Numbered from the stretch's first letter, positions 1 to 13,047 are shown. The stretch: 64,000 nt of DNA from Iphione sp. A-MEVVRFRX5 (GCA_976226885.1 OZ320316.1:76198001-76262000), one strand, 5' to 3'. The notes: generated by a model from the sequence alone, not told the origin. Program-made: numbers and translations.

Positions 1-1512
1 ACAGGAGTCCTCACATTAAAGCAATAAATAATCAGTTTAAAGGTTACAATTCGGCGATCACTTTTCAGGACTTGACACGGTTTGGCCAATCAGATTACAG
101 CATCCAAAGAGGGCAGGAATTTGAATCATAGACAAACAAAGATGCCTAACATTGAAGTCAATGGAAAGGTTAAATATCTTTGTTAATATTGTCAAATACA
201 TGTAGTTCCTAACTTACAAGGGGTCAAAGGTGACTGTCTAAGCCCCAGACAACCTCCAGCTTACCTATGCCAGAAACGTGACGCTTGTCAGTAGGAGGAG
301 CTATACCCCCAAAAGGGATTGGTGAATGGTTCCGAATTTAGTAGACGCACAAGATCATGGTCAATATGAAGCAGGGGACCATGAAAGTCAGCATCAGCAT
401 CCCTAATGCGGATGTTTCAGTGAATAACACACCAAATGAATGAATGGATTTTAAGATAAAACCAGTTGAATAAGATGACAATTCACATATTCTTAAGTAA
501 TATGTTTATGCAATTCTTTGCTTGAAAGTTTTGTTTATGTCAGGGATGAACTATATCTATTCCTCAGTACTCGGTGCTGTAATTTCACAATAAATAATCA
601 ATGTCTACTCTGTTTTTGTTCGTAAAGTTGAAGAAGAATATATGCTTTGCACAGCATCTGCATAATATATCACTTGAAAACTTTGATTTTCTCATCACGT
701 GTTTTTGTTAACATAATTACGTTCCATGAATATTTGATACCAAATTATCTTTAATAATTCAAACCTATTTAAACTAACCGTAATATATTGAAAAACGTGT
801 AGACCAAACCTTTGGAATAACCTAAACTGGTTAATAAGAAATGTTTTCAAACGTTTGTAAAGCATTCCACAGGATTTATTGGATAAGATTTCGTATTTGG
901 TCATTACATGAACTCAATGAACAGCAGCCTGCTAGGGCGAATAGATTGAAAGTATATTCACTTCAACGCAATATGTATCTATAAACAAAATTGATGTTTT
1001 CATGTCCCATGACATTCCACGATAAATAACGGGTATTGATACTTCGGTAGCGCTTTAGATATAGATTACATGGTGTGTCATTACGGTTCTAATATAAGAG
1101 TGTAACGAAAAGTATATCCATATGAAAAGAATGACTGTAACAGGATAAAGGAGGAAATATTAGAAGGAGGAAAGGCCTTGCCCTGACATCAGGAAATGGT
1201 GCCGAATTCAGTGGGTTACAAAAAACGTTGGTAGGGTGAATTGGATTCGCACAAGGAAGTTTTTTTTTACTATAAATGTCCGAGGAGGGTCTTTCGATTC
1301 CCATTCCCTTCACTCAAAGAAAGATGGAGGTGTTGTGCTCAATAGCTTGGTATTTCTTCCTTTGTATGTAACACCTAATGATAAAAATTCACATCTTATA
1401 TGAAGTGAGAAAGAGAATATACATTGGCAATACATTAGTGTACTAGAGACTGCTATATGCAATCGCTTCCGTTATCTGACACTTATGTCGTGCTGCTCTC
1501 AATGTGTTACAG

Positions 1513-1647
1513 GTGCTGCACCATCAGAAACTGGGCACTTCTAAAGAGGAGTTCCTGCAGCAGAATGGCCCCGTGATGGCGCATGCTTCCCATGTTCTTG
1601 TCATCCTAACGGAGGCCGCCACAAGTTCACCGTTTGTCTTTCATGAG
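1513..1647 (+). CDS. TIR protein exon (TIR-A betaC/alphaC: ASHVLVILTEAATSSPFVFHE)
   Basis: Acceptor gtgttacag|GTG, donor GAG|gtaaga; 135 nt, phase 0-0; matches the TIR pattern s-x-x-lvvlS-x4-S-x-wc-x-x-E. Confidence 0.85.
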
Positions 1648-4600
1648 GTAAGAGAGAATTATCATTTAGGCTATCTTTCCATGTGTACGTTTGAATTTTC
1701 GGATGCAGGTCTAGACTGCGTGGAGTCCACGCATCCTGGAATGTGGTACAAGAAGGGCCACCTATGTATACGTAGTTAATAAAATATATGAAGAGATCCT
1801 CAGGTGTACTGTTGAGAACTGATATTTGTAGAGAGTGAACACATTATATACAACGAGTACAGACGTAGTTGCAGGAAAACCAGTACCTGCTCGATTTTGA
1901 TTTCGTACACAGATCTGACACCTTAAAATCCGTACACCTGGGTAGGGTGCTGGTGAAATGTATACCACCATTCATCACGCAGATCCAGTCCTGGGTCTGC
2001 GTACGGAGAGGTAGTACACATGGAAAGACCACCTTACAAAGGTGACCAAGATTATAATTGTGACCATTATTTGAAGTACATGTACATTATGTGGTTACCA
2101 CGTAGTGAGCACCGATTATTATCGCTTTCCTCTTGTGATTTTGTTACATGTCCCTCTATTATTATTTTACCAACGTTCTTCATGGGCAAAAATTTATTGT
2201 TTCGTTGAACGGTAACACATGGAACAACTATCCCATTGATGTTGATGAACCTTATCCACTAGTTTTGTCTTGTATTAAAGGTGCTGTTTGCTGAATGGCT
2301 GGGCAAGAAAATTGTGACGTCCATCTTCAAAAATACCTGGGGGACGTTAAGGGCGTCATTAAAGGCTGTTTTAGGTAAGACGAGGTAGTGGTAGACAGTT
2401 ATCCTACGTCATCCTTCGTATTTGTGAAATAAAATGGATAAACAATAACAAAAAGGCGACATTTTTTAAAATAGGTAATGTAGTCAAATTATTTCCAAAG
2501 AACGAGGCATCTAAGACGTCTTACAGTTCTTCAACCATAAGTTTCTCTGCTCCTGGTTTATGTACACCAGATCACAGGGAAGACAAGACTGGAGGAAAGA
2601 CCATCTTTGATATAACTGAAAGTATATATTTCAGTATTAAAACAGAGAAGACCACAATTCACAGAGAGACCAATCTTTTTGATTCCAACAGGTGGTTCAC
2701 CAAATGTATATTGTGGACAGAAGGTGTTTGAATATATACATGTATAGTTATGCGACACAACGGACCCTAGGCTAACATGATACTGGACCTATTTTCACAG
2801 CCCATGTGATAAATTGATAGCCAGTTCCAATAAGTAGCAGGAGTGAATATACACGTGTACTTCTTGTCGAGGCTTTGAGGTTAATTTTAATGGTGGGATA
2901 TCGCATCATTCCTTCAGGATGCACAGTGTATCCAGACTACGGGCGTGGCTTTCATATCTAGAGTAGCTTACGTATTCCACATAGAGACGTGTACATGTAC
3001 ATGTATACATGTATACAAACGAGCCACCAATTTAGAAGCTTCCAATCAAAGTAGTTCCCTTACGAACGGCGTTTATGCTAGATTGTTTTTGTAAAGACCT
3101 TGCCTGGAGCCTTAAACATCGCTCATCCTGTGTACCATACTGTGTGATGATACTAACTAAATAGTGCTAAGTTCTCCACATTGTTGTCAATGTGGCACAT
3201 ACGCAGAAGGAAAGTTGATTATGGTTAGTTAAACATTCCGTTCCGCAGTTTAAGACGTATAATATGTAAAATCAATTGAAAGACGACAGTATAGAAATGT
3301 TTGTGTGCCACTTATGGGTATGTTTGTATATAATTGTGCATGTGTCACGTAAATGTCACAACCTGTCATTTCCAGAGAAATCCATGCAAAGTCGACTTAA
3401 AAATTAGCACCCTCCACGTTTCTTTTTCAGGAAAAAAATCAGGCCAACTGGTCAAAAGGAACAAAATATTCATAACACATGAAAAGTGTATTATTTTCAC
3501 AAATTTGAGTGGTACATGTCTAAATTTAAGTTAAAGTACTTTCTAATGTTGAAAATGTTTGTCATATTAGATATGTGGTCCAAAAATGTAGAAATCAGGA
3601 AGCAAAATCCTCAATTGGTTCTATGGTAAGAAACTCTACACGTGTATCAAGTTTGCTCACTTCTCTTGAAGTCGAAAATGATCTATGATAGAAAGGTGTA
3701 TTCAGTGCCTCATCATTTAAACTTTAAATGCAAGAGTAACAATTTTTATCAATACATTTAGTATTCTCTTTAAAATAGGTACAGCTATAGCATAAAACTA
3801 TCTATTTAAGTACGTGTTTAGGATGGCAAGATTTAAATAAAAATTTGCTTTGGTCTCCAGACATTTTGCGTATGTATAATTCACATCATTTCTTCAATTT
3901 TGCTTTTGCTGTGGTAAGTTTTTTAAGGTGATATGAATTAAAACATCTGCTGTTCATCTCACTAATCTACGAAAATTTCTCATCTCACATTAAAACAAAG
4001 CTCAGAAGTTTCACCACATTAGGTTCTGTGTAACTACAAAAATTGAGAACAGCTTGCAAAAAATAAGCCACCAACATTGGAGGATTTTAGCACAGAACAA
4101 CGGCATACTGTTCTTTAGATCTAATAGCTGGACCAAAAACAATGTACATGTATAGACAAATCTCCAAGAACAACCATTTCCTCTATACATATTTTCAGGG
4201 TCTTCTACAACACCTTTGCAAGATTTCCTGCTAGTGATCATTTAGAGATGGGGGTATATCTGTTTGTCATAGGTCATACTCCTGCGCAAGGTAAACAAAT
4301 CAGTACAGTCAAAACTCTATTTCCAACCAATATCGCTGGTCAAGACCTCAAGTGGTCAGAGTAACGAGAATAGTCAGAAATCAATTTGGGAGGGGATTAA
4401 TCTTGGAAACAATATTCCTTTCTCCTCTCTCTCTACCAACATCCCATTGAAATACATACCACTTTCCTTTGAAATAAAGTAACTAATACACACCTTCATG
4501 AAAATTTTTAATATTTTATTCATTTCAACATGGTAGGTGAATGAATGCATAAGGACAGATAACTAGATGTCTCTATGCTCATTTTAGGTAGACATGTCAC

Positions 4601-6624
4601 TGAGAAGACTTGAAAAAAGTGTCCATAGTTGGTTGTATCTTCTTTGCCTGGTGTATGTGCTTCTCACAGGAGTTCATGGTGGACATTAGAGTTTCCAGAC
4701 TGGAGTTGGTACAATGTTTGAGGAAGTGATGTCTGATCTGTTCCATCATCTTCATGGCCTTGGCATGGGTGATTGAGGCAGCCACTGGTGTGTCTTCTTC
4801 ATCCTTTTATTCTTCTGGCAGGTCTTTCTGGGGCAGTAGGTCAGAGTCTGCATCCTGGTTGTGAGCCAGTAGGGCCTCATCCAGCTTCAGTACTCCTCAG
4901 GGAGGCAAGGATCACTCAAAGGGAGTATCCTTTGGGTCTTCCTCACTAACTCTCCTTTGGGTCTTCCTCACTAACTCTGCAAGGGGAAAGTCTTCTTCAT
5001 CCTGCTCCTCCTCCACTTGGCAGGACTGGTCTGGAAGCTTCATACCAGCTTTGATTAAGATCCTGACTGCATTTGACTTCACCTGACTGATGGAATCCCT
5101 CAGCCAGTAAACCACTCTGTGAAGGTCTACCGACTTCATCAAAGACTGAGTGTGAATAGGTCTCTCACAGCATCTTCTTGTATAGTATCTTGGTGTTCTG
5201 GATTATACCCTGATCCACAGGTTGCAGGACTATAGTGACATGAGGAGAAGATGTCTCTTCATCTTGTTATTGAAAGTGTGCAGAGTTTGACTTCCAGATG
5301 ACTGGGAGTGCTGTCATGTCCATGTTTCAAGCATCTGGGCTTCTGAGCCTTGCCAAGAATCTGCTGAAATTCTCCCTCCACATTGCAACAGAGGGAGACT
5401 GTGATCCTTGCTTGGGATTTTTTGACTTCACTTGCTGTTGGTCCTTTCTTGGCAAGTGTCCTATCTGGCATAATGCTATAGAACAGCCCAGTCTCAGCCA
5501 TATTGAAAATGTCCCTGTAGCATATTCACTGAGCTGCTCTGGGAGGTGCTGAAGCCAGCCGTCCACTACTTGATCAGACACTGCAGCACTCTCACCACAC
5601 ACCTTAAGGGCTCCAATTGAATGTCTCTACTTGAAGAGACCAAGCCATCTAGCTGAGACCTTAAAGTCAGATAAATTAAGCTCGTTGCTCAAACTTCTGG
5701 CTTTCTCTTGAAGCACTGGCCCAGATACTGGGAGATTTGTGAATGCATCCTACTGAACCACTTCCTCCAGGGAGGTGGAAGTCTGGCGAATAACAATATC
5801 TCTTCGCAGATGGGTCCGGATAGCAGTCATAATCATCCAGAATCTCCTTCATGTGCTTCAGGATGCCCTAGACATATTGACTATCTATAAATATCAATTC
5901 GGTTCCAAGCTTAAATGTTCACATTATTAACAAATTTGGTTGGAAATCAGTGAGGTCGGAAATAGGGTGTCGAGTGTAATATGTTTGGCACAGTTCATGC
6001 TCCCTTGCCACTCACCAGGTTGTTTCTAGAGCCTACAGAAGGGAACATCACATATACATCTGAAAGTACTAAGTATCTTATTTCCAAAGTCTGAGTCACA
6101 AACTTTAAACAAATGATCAGAAATGCAGGAGGTTGAAGAGTCCGACAACAACACCAAACATTTTTAACAACACAACAGAGCGAGAAAGGCAGTAACACGT
6201 ACATAGGATTAACTTTTTATTCATTTTCATGAGACGGTTTTCTTCAAATGCATGGGCACACTTTGGATACACTTGCCTACCAAAAACTAGTATTTTACAT
6301 GGACGGATATTGCCTTAGTAGTGTCCCTTATATTTACAAGTTAAATATATATCTAGATGAAAAAGTGATTATACAAAAACATGGTAATTGCCTTCGACAC
6401 ACATATAGACTAAACGTTTTCATTTTACTCTTCTAAAGTCAAGCAATAGAAAGAATAACTATTTTCTAACGAACAAGAAATTTGCCATCCCTTAGTTATG
6501 TCACTGAAGTACGAACTACGTTTCAAAGAATGATTTGCCTCAGCGATTGAAATGTTCGGCAGTCCGCTGTATGTCTGTCCTCCTGAAAACGATGCCCATA
6601 TTTTCTTTGCCAAGCTAAGATGTA

Positions 6625-6662
<38 letters not shown>

Positions 6663-8096
6663 GCATGTGATACAGACGTAGTTTTATAGGAAAGTGTTTG
6701 AATGATATCCTAGATACGTTTCGTTTCCAGGTCATAAGAAGGCATGGACAAATGTACATTAGTTCTTTCGCTTTTCACCTTCAGTGTAGATACTAGAGGT
6801 GGTTCTGGGGCTCAGGGCTGTCATCTCGTGGCTTAGGACAACATTCCATCATATCTACCTAGTGGATTAAGACAGGCATCAGTTTTCACGTTACTGTCTT
6901 TGGGTGTTTGGAGTATTTGAAATTACATTTGTTTCTTGACGTGCATCTCCCATTTCTAGGTGACTGTCCTGCAGTGGACTTCGAGACCAAAATGTACGCC
7001 GAGAGTCGAGATGTCTTGGAGCACCATATCAAACCCCTGCGCGCTGTGCCAGGAGTGGTACTAGAGCAGTCGTACCTAAACAAAATGGCTGAAGGCATCA
7101 AATCACTTTCCTTCCTTGCCAATCAACTCCGAATTCAAGGTAAGACCACTGGACGGACCAAATGAGGTAGACGGACAAAAAGCGACAGTGATTGATACGG
7201 AATGAAGCAGGGAATTGGATAAACAGAAATTAAAGGCAATGCGTGCTGCAGGATTTCAGATAGGTATAGATCATAGGCAGGGCATGCAACCACAGGAAAA
7301 TATTTTCTTCAACTTAACTTTTCGCAGATGATTTTCCTATGATTACAGGTTTTTTCCCAAGAAAACTTGAACGATTTACTTTTGATGAGTTTGTTCACAT
7401 CTATTGGGTGGTCCTTCCTCACCAGGTGTCGTGGCGGACGGCGAGTCAGCTGCAACGAGTGCTCGTGTCTTCATCAGTTTCCAGTGGGACGCCGCATCCA
7501 AGGTTGAAGACATTCGCTTCATTCTGGAGTCGGCAGGCTTCACATGCTGGGCCGATCTCGGCACTGGAGCGGGCGGAACCTCGGCCGGAGCAGTCGGTTC
7601 GAGTACGTCCTTGGCGCCACCTGTTGGACTGGCTGGACTGGCTGGAAGAGGTCACAGCGGTTTGAGTAATAGGAGTGGGCACGCCGGTAACACTAGCTCA
7701 TTCCATCTGCTTCACAACTCCATATCCGGAGGTGGTGGTGCTGGCACGAGCGCCCCTGGTGCCTCGGGTATTGGCCTCGGGGACTCCACCTCGGAGTCCC
7801 TGACCACGCAGATCCAGCGCAACATGAAAGCCTCTGCGGTAGTTGTCAGTTGCATTACACCCAAGTACATTCAAAGCGACAACTGCCTCAAAGATCTGAC
7901 ACTCGCTGACAGCCTCCACAAACCTATTGTGCCGGTGCTCCTGCGCTTTTGTCCATGGCCACCAGAGGCAGCACCTACACCTGTCAGAAAGATCCTCGTC
8001 AAATACGCACCCGTCGATTTGAGCAATGATAAACTGTACCGACAGAATATGGCAGTGTTATTAGAAAAGGTTAAAAGGCAATCCGGCCTGAAATAA
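1513..8096 (+). CDS. Spliced gene model (3' part): tandem TIR_2-like domain protein; 5' exons not found and probably upstream of the window
   Basis: Four exons with canonical AG/GT boundaries and compatible phases (0,1,1) join into one ORF: VLHHQK...SPFVFHE|VLFAEWLGKKIV...KAVL G|DCPAVDF...LRIQ G|VVADG...VFISFQWD...KRQSGLK*. It contains two TIR-like motif sets. Confidence 0.85.
2281..2374 (+). CDS. TIR protein exon (VLFAEWLGKKIVTSIFKNTWGTLRASLKAVL)
   Basis: Acceptor ttgtattaaag|GTG, donor TTAG|gtaaga; 94 nt, phase 0-1; continues the TIR motif E-x3-A-x3-GK-x-I. Absent from the ORF track. Confidence 0.85.
4306..5976 (-). mobile_element. Decayed, internally deleted Tigger/pogo (Tc1/mariner superfamily) DNA transposon in a TIR-gene intron
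   Basis: Minus-strand remnants: CENP-B-type HTH (LPVSGPVLQEKARSLSNELNLSDFKVSARWL, then a stop and GESAAV), DDE_1 start (DIFNMAETGLFYSIMPDRTLAKKG...KKSQARITVSLCCN...GKAQKPRCLK) and C-terminal QPTMDTFFK. Degenerate 23-bp terminal inverted repeats at 4306-4328 and 5954-5976 (5 mismatches), each flanked by TA. Confidence 0.85.
4929..4978. repeat. Perfect 25-bp tandem duplication inside the Tigger remnant
   Basis: cctttgggtcttcctcactaactct occurs twice in tandem. Confidence 0.9.
6628..6661. repeat. (TA)n microsatellite
   Basis: Uninterrupted AT run of about 17 units. Confidence 0.95.
6960..7139 (+). CDS. TIR protein exon (end of TIR-A and linker: DCPAVDFETKMY...LANQLRIQ)
   Basis: Acceptor catttctag|GT, donor CAAG|gtaaga; 180 nt, phase 1-1; lies within ORF 6908-7165. 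Confidence 0.85.
7426..8096 (+). CDS. TIR protein terminal exon (TIR-B)
   Basis: Acceptor ccttcctcaccag|GT; encodes VFISFQWD, LESAGFTCWAD, VVVSCITPKYIQSDNCLKDL, KPIVPV and IDLS-like VDLS; stop TAA at 8094-8096. Confidence 0.9.
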
Positions 8097-8432
8097 CTTG
8101 TCTGCTCTGTGCAAAAATAATGGATAATCTTGCACCCAAGAGCCAGCAATTTGTTACATTTACATTAATATGTACATGTATTTCCATTTGTGATTCATGA
8201 GACTTTTGAAAATGGTAAATATAAATCACGCTTTGCGCGAAAAACATATCTGTCGAACCATTATTTAATAAGAGGTTCCAGTTACAGCATTTCTAGGTGA
8301 GAAGTGGACATGAGTGTATCCCAAATTATTATCTGTTAATGGAGTTCAAGTGCCTTGTTTTAAAACTGAGCTTTAACGTCATGTCAAAAGGTGATAGGGC
8401 AGTCGGAAATGGCTGTGAATTATGTACAAAAC

Positions 8433-8438
8433 AATAAA
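8433..8438 (+). terminator. Candidate polyadenylation signal for the TIR gene
   Basis: First AATAAA I found downstream of the stop at 8096; position only, no transcript evidence. Confidence 0.25.
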
Positions 8439-11400
8439 TATTCTATGCAACCGTTGATTAGCGATTCATTGAAAAGTTTTAGACCAAAAAGTACCAAAGA
8501 GACTGACTGCAACAGTATCATAGTGTTTATCAAATTCCATTATCGTTTTTTCTTTCTTTTTTTGTCAGTCGAATCATGAGTTTTATTCAGAATGAAAACA
8601 AATGATACGAATAACATCATCAGTCAAGCACAAAGGTGATAGTTAAAATTCCAGCACGTCTACTTTCACATACAAAAAAGAAACACTGTTTACCAAAAAG
8701 GACCTCAACAATTTGCAAAAAAATAATATAATTTGTAAATTAGACAAGCGCCTTTGGTGCCGGCACTGCTTGTGTATGGTCAGAGATATGGGTGTACATT
8801 GTATGTGTAGGGATAGCATTTTACAAAGCTGGGTTATAAAGCCATTGATTACATCACAGGGGAATCCCCCCTCCCCCTCCATATTCCTGCACCAAGTGAA
8901 AACGTAATGCATAGTGACAAAACCTTTTAGATGTTTTCTTAAGTTTTGTTTTAGATAGAAAACATATGCCATTGTCCATGTTTTGAAAACGCATCCACAC
9001 TACCATATGAAAATCAGCAAATTATTAGACTTGGAAAATATCTCACCCCAATGTGAGCACTAACCCTTGGCCAGTACTACTTTCAGGCACTCTTTTATAT
9101 AGGTAGTATAAACAGCTATTTGAAATGGAGTATTTGCCTTCGTGTCAGAAAGAGAACTCTGCCTACAGCATTGGTTATAACAATTAATCTTTATTGCGAA
9201 CAGTAAAGGGACAAGACCCTTCAATAAAAAAAGAGTGTCATCATCATTGAATTTTCACTCTCACTCGGCAATAAATATGGTGGAGTAAACAGTGACATTT
9301 ATAGTACAGTGTTGTCAGACAGTTATCGTCTGTCAGAATAAAAGTCTCCAGATTAAACGTCAAACCAAAGGACAGTGATTCGGCAACTGTTGTTAGACTC
9401 ATCGGTGACCACTATGTAGAATTCCTTCTTGGGCTTAAGACAGTTCCCACTGGTTTATCTTATTGAGAAAGTCAACTGCCGGCTGAAGAGATATATCAGA
9501 TCGCTTGCCTTATAAAAAGCCTCCGTCAAAGTAAAGAGATGGTACCTTTCAATGCCGAATCACAACGCCATCTAAACTATGCACACATGGTTTGTAATTT
9601 CATATTCGTTAATATTGAGCGATCACAATATCACCTTGATATGAATACTAAGCCCGGGACCCCTAGTCGCTACCGAGTCAAAATTGATGGGAAGGCTACA
9701 GAGAACCACCATAAAAAGACAATGTTCTTCAGCAATAGGATTTTCTGGACAACGTTCGAAACCAGTACACCTCAGCAGCTTTCGGGGCCTAAAAAATACC
9801 TCTGTTCTAGATTCTATATGTTAGCTGTGGTACTGGATAAATTAAGTTAATTAGTTATATCATAGCGCTAAGAGGCTACCACTGTTTTTGATTGATAATT
9901 CTGGACACCGGTGCAACATGATCAGATAAGTACAGTGTGCATTTTTAGATACTACACAAAGGCGAAAGGACTGGGTGTTAGACACAGTTTGGTTACACGT
10001 GTAGATAAAAGATAGCTACAAAGATATTTTACAGTGAAGAAAAACATCGTTTGTGCCTTCTTATAGAAACATCTGTCCATAATATGGAATTATTTGGTTC
10101 GAAAACTCGATAGCTTGTGTTAGTGAAGTTAGATAATGTGATAATATTTACATGGCAGTCATCTATTACTGTGATGCCATATACTTGGCTTTGCTGCCGT
10201 CACTATGAAAATGTAGATCCTTTCTATCATATCATATGTTGACATTTCATGTACAATATACTTTGCTTCGTGAAAAGATGTTACATGTACACAATTATAT
10301 GCTGGTGTGTAGAGGTTTATAACAGGCCCAGTACACGCTCTTGCCCACATTTTGAAGTGGCCACAGAACTATCGATCCTAGTGTATAAAAATATTCTTTC
10401 CTATAAAAATATAAGACTTCGTTTGGTATATTCTCCTCACAAAGTGTACGGTAGTTGGGTATCATAGTGACTTTTGTTATCATAGTAAGGAAACATTGAC
10501 GGCAAAATATTTGTTCATTTCTTTCGAGTTATGTTAGTCACTAATCTACTATAGACGAAGTTGTTTTCTAGTAAGTTAGTATTCAAACTGAGGTAAACTT
10601 ATACATATCTTCACTCAGACTCCTGGCGCGTTTCAAAAATTATCTATACCGGATGGTGCATACATAGTCAAGTCCACTGAAAGTTAACATATATATGATA
10701 TTGAATGGTACTGGAAAAGCCTGATGAAAGTAGAGAAAACCATCAAGAAAACACAAGAATACCAGCTAGAAGAAATCGCTGGAGACTATCAATAAATGGA
10801 AACTCAACCCCCTGATGGTGCCGTACAGATTTAACAATATGATAATATTAAAACAGATGAACATATGTTCCCATATCGTGATGATCAACAGTACTGATCC
10901 TGGGAGCTTCCCATTACAATGTATTTAAACCATCAAGCAGAGTATCCTTACTAAAATGCTTGTATCCTGCACTATCCTCCAATGAATAAGCACCAATATA
11001 AAAGTGGCCAGTGCACAGGAGTATATATACAAATCGACACCTTATTCCGTCAACTTTGCTGACTCGGAAAAGTCTTGATCAACAACTGGAGATATAATAG
11101 AATCACCACCATTACTGCTCATCAATTTGGATGAATTAGCATTAAGTCGTCCCCAACGCTGTCCCACGGGTCCAAATTGACTCACATTGAGCAAAAATGA
11201 TTATGCTGTTAATAAAAAATTCACAGGAATCGACGCCCATATCATATGGAACAACGAGCTACAGTTTGCATAAATTCCTTGAAACAGTCATTCAAAACGA
11301 GCATTCAAAACGAGAGCGATCGTACCAGTTAACCTTATTTTGCTGAGTCTCAATAACAAAACGGACGCAGCAAAGAACCACCATGGAGGACACACGGTCG

Positions 11401-12993
11401 CTTACAAGAGAAAAAGAGCGAGCCGATGCCTGATCCCTCAAATACAAAAGAATATAATTACACATAGGAGATGAGTGACTTGTTCAGATTATATACATTA
11501 GTGTACGCTCTGGCATATCGATGTTTAAAACTCTTGTTTAAAGGCTTGCGTGTAGATTATAGGTTTTCCTAATATACATTTACGTGTATACCTATTTATG
11601 TGTCTTGTTTCTACGGCCGCTGCTTCACGATGTAATATCTGAAGGTTGCTCATTGAAAATTAAGTCTGGCCTATATTTTGGAAAATTTACGTAAGATAGC
11701 AGTAGGAAGTTGTGGTAGCTGAATGTGACGCTGCAGTTTCCATTGTAAGGTGTGATGGCCAACATGTACATTACTTTGCATAGTAAATCATACTTTACAC
11801 AAATCTGAAGGAGCTCCTTTCTGGGGACATATGGTAGCCTAACCATTCCTATAGCCTACTTTACGTAGTCATGCAAGTAGAATTGGAAATATATATATAC
11901 CACATCTCAATGCAACATAAAAGTGAATCTCTCTTCAATGTATTTCTTTCTTCAATCGTCAAATGAATCAATGCTTCGGCATGAATAGTGCACGCATGGC
12001 TAGCACTTAACAGGTCCGTCAGGGTCCGGCTAGTGATAAAATATTGTAAAGGAAGCTCCGGATAGAATTCCGTTTGTATCCAAGTTACTTAATGCTAGGG
12101 TGACATGATATTAATTAAGGGTCAAATATTCTGAGAGTCTCGATTTCTGGTCACCAAAAAAAATCATACTAAATCTTTGAGGCAGAAGGCACATAGAGAT
12201 ATATAAAGGAGGCACAAGTAATAATGAGCCGGTTATAGAAGTTATGGCCTTCCACAAAAGGATATATCAAACATGTTTTGCCAAACGCTTAGGAATGTAA
12301 TTAATTAACAACTTACTGCAAAAAAATCAGCCATTTTCTAGAATTCGCCATTTCGTAGGCCTGTGGTTGCCATACCACGCTTTCCACTTCGTGAACGATA
12401 CGTTTCGCCTGGACAATCGCTTTTTTCTTACGTCTACGTGGAAAAAGACTTGTGCGACCAAATGTCGAAAAGCCGTCCCTATACTCCAGCTTGGCACAAT
12501 TCTTTATAGTTCTTTGCACGAGGTGCTACTTTTTAATTCATCACGTTAAGTCTAAATGTATGTGTATATCTTTAGCATGACTGCATATCTTGCCAAAATT
12601 GATAATTGAGCATGGATTTTCCTAGCATGTTATAGCATTCCTAGTATGATAAAAATGGTTACAATCATGAAAATGTAAAAATCCTAACATCACAAGTAAA
12701 ACGGTCGCTGAGGACCTCCAAATGTTTTGTGGACCACGACATCCGTCAAAGATTTTGCCAACTGTCATCACACTGTCAAATATATTGTCAACCAGTTACC
12801 GACGTCATCAATTTCCACAACTGCTTTTTATATGGAACCTGCAACACGAAATCACACATTCATGAGCTGAATTCGGGGGCCTCTGTCCCTACAAATGCGG
12901 TATGTTGGGAAATATATTTTGTGTCGCCTCCCATGAAGCTTTGGGAATTTCTCAAAGAATCACATGATGCTGGAGAGATTCCTACAAATCTTG

Positions 12994-13047
12994 TGACGTG
13001 GTGTCCGGCGATGGAGAGCGTGACGTCAAATCGGCTTGTCACGTGAC
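12994..13047. promoter_or_regulatory. bZIP/bHLH motif cluster in a CpG-rich intergenic patch
   Basis: TGACGTGG (12994), TGACGTCA (13021) and GTCACGTGAC (13038) within 54 bp. Confidence 0.45.

Noticed and set aside
265-425. Minus-strand stretch translating as a hydrophobic peptide (MLMLTFMVPCFILTMILCVY*) or DADADFHGPLLHIDHD...
   Set aside because: Two frames are equally plausible, there is no strong acceptor or partner exon, and no family is recognisable.
11040-11210. Minus-strand segment after a good acceptor (ttttttattaacag) in the intergenic gap
   Set aside because: All frames from the acceptor hit a stop within 22 codons and no companion exons were found.
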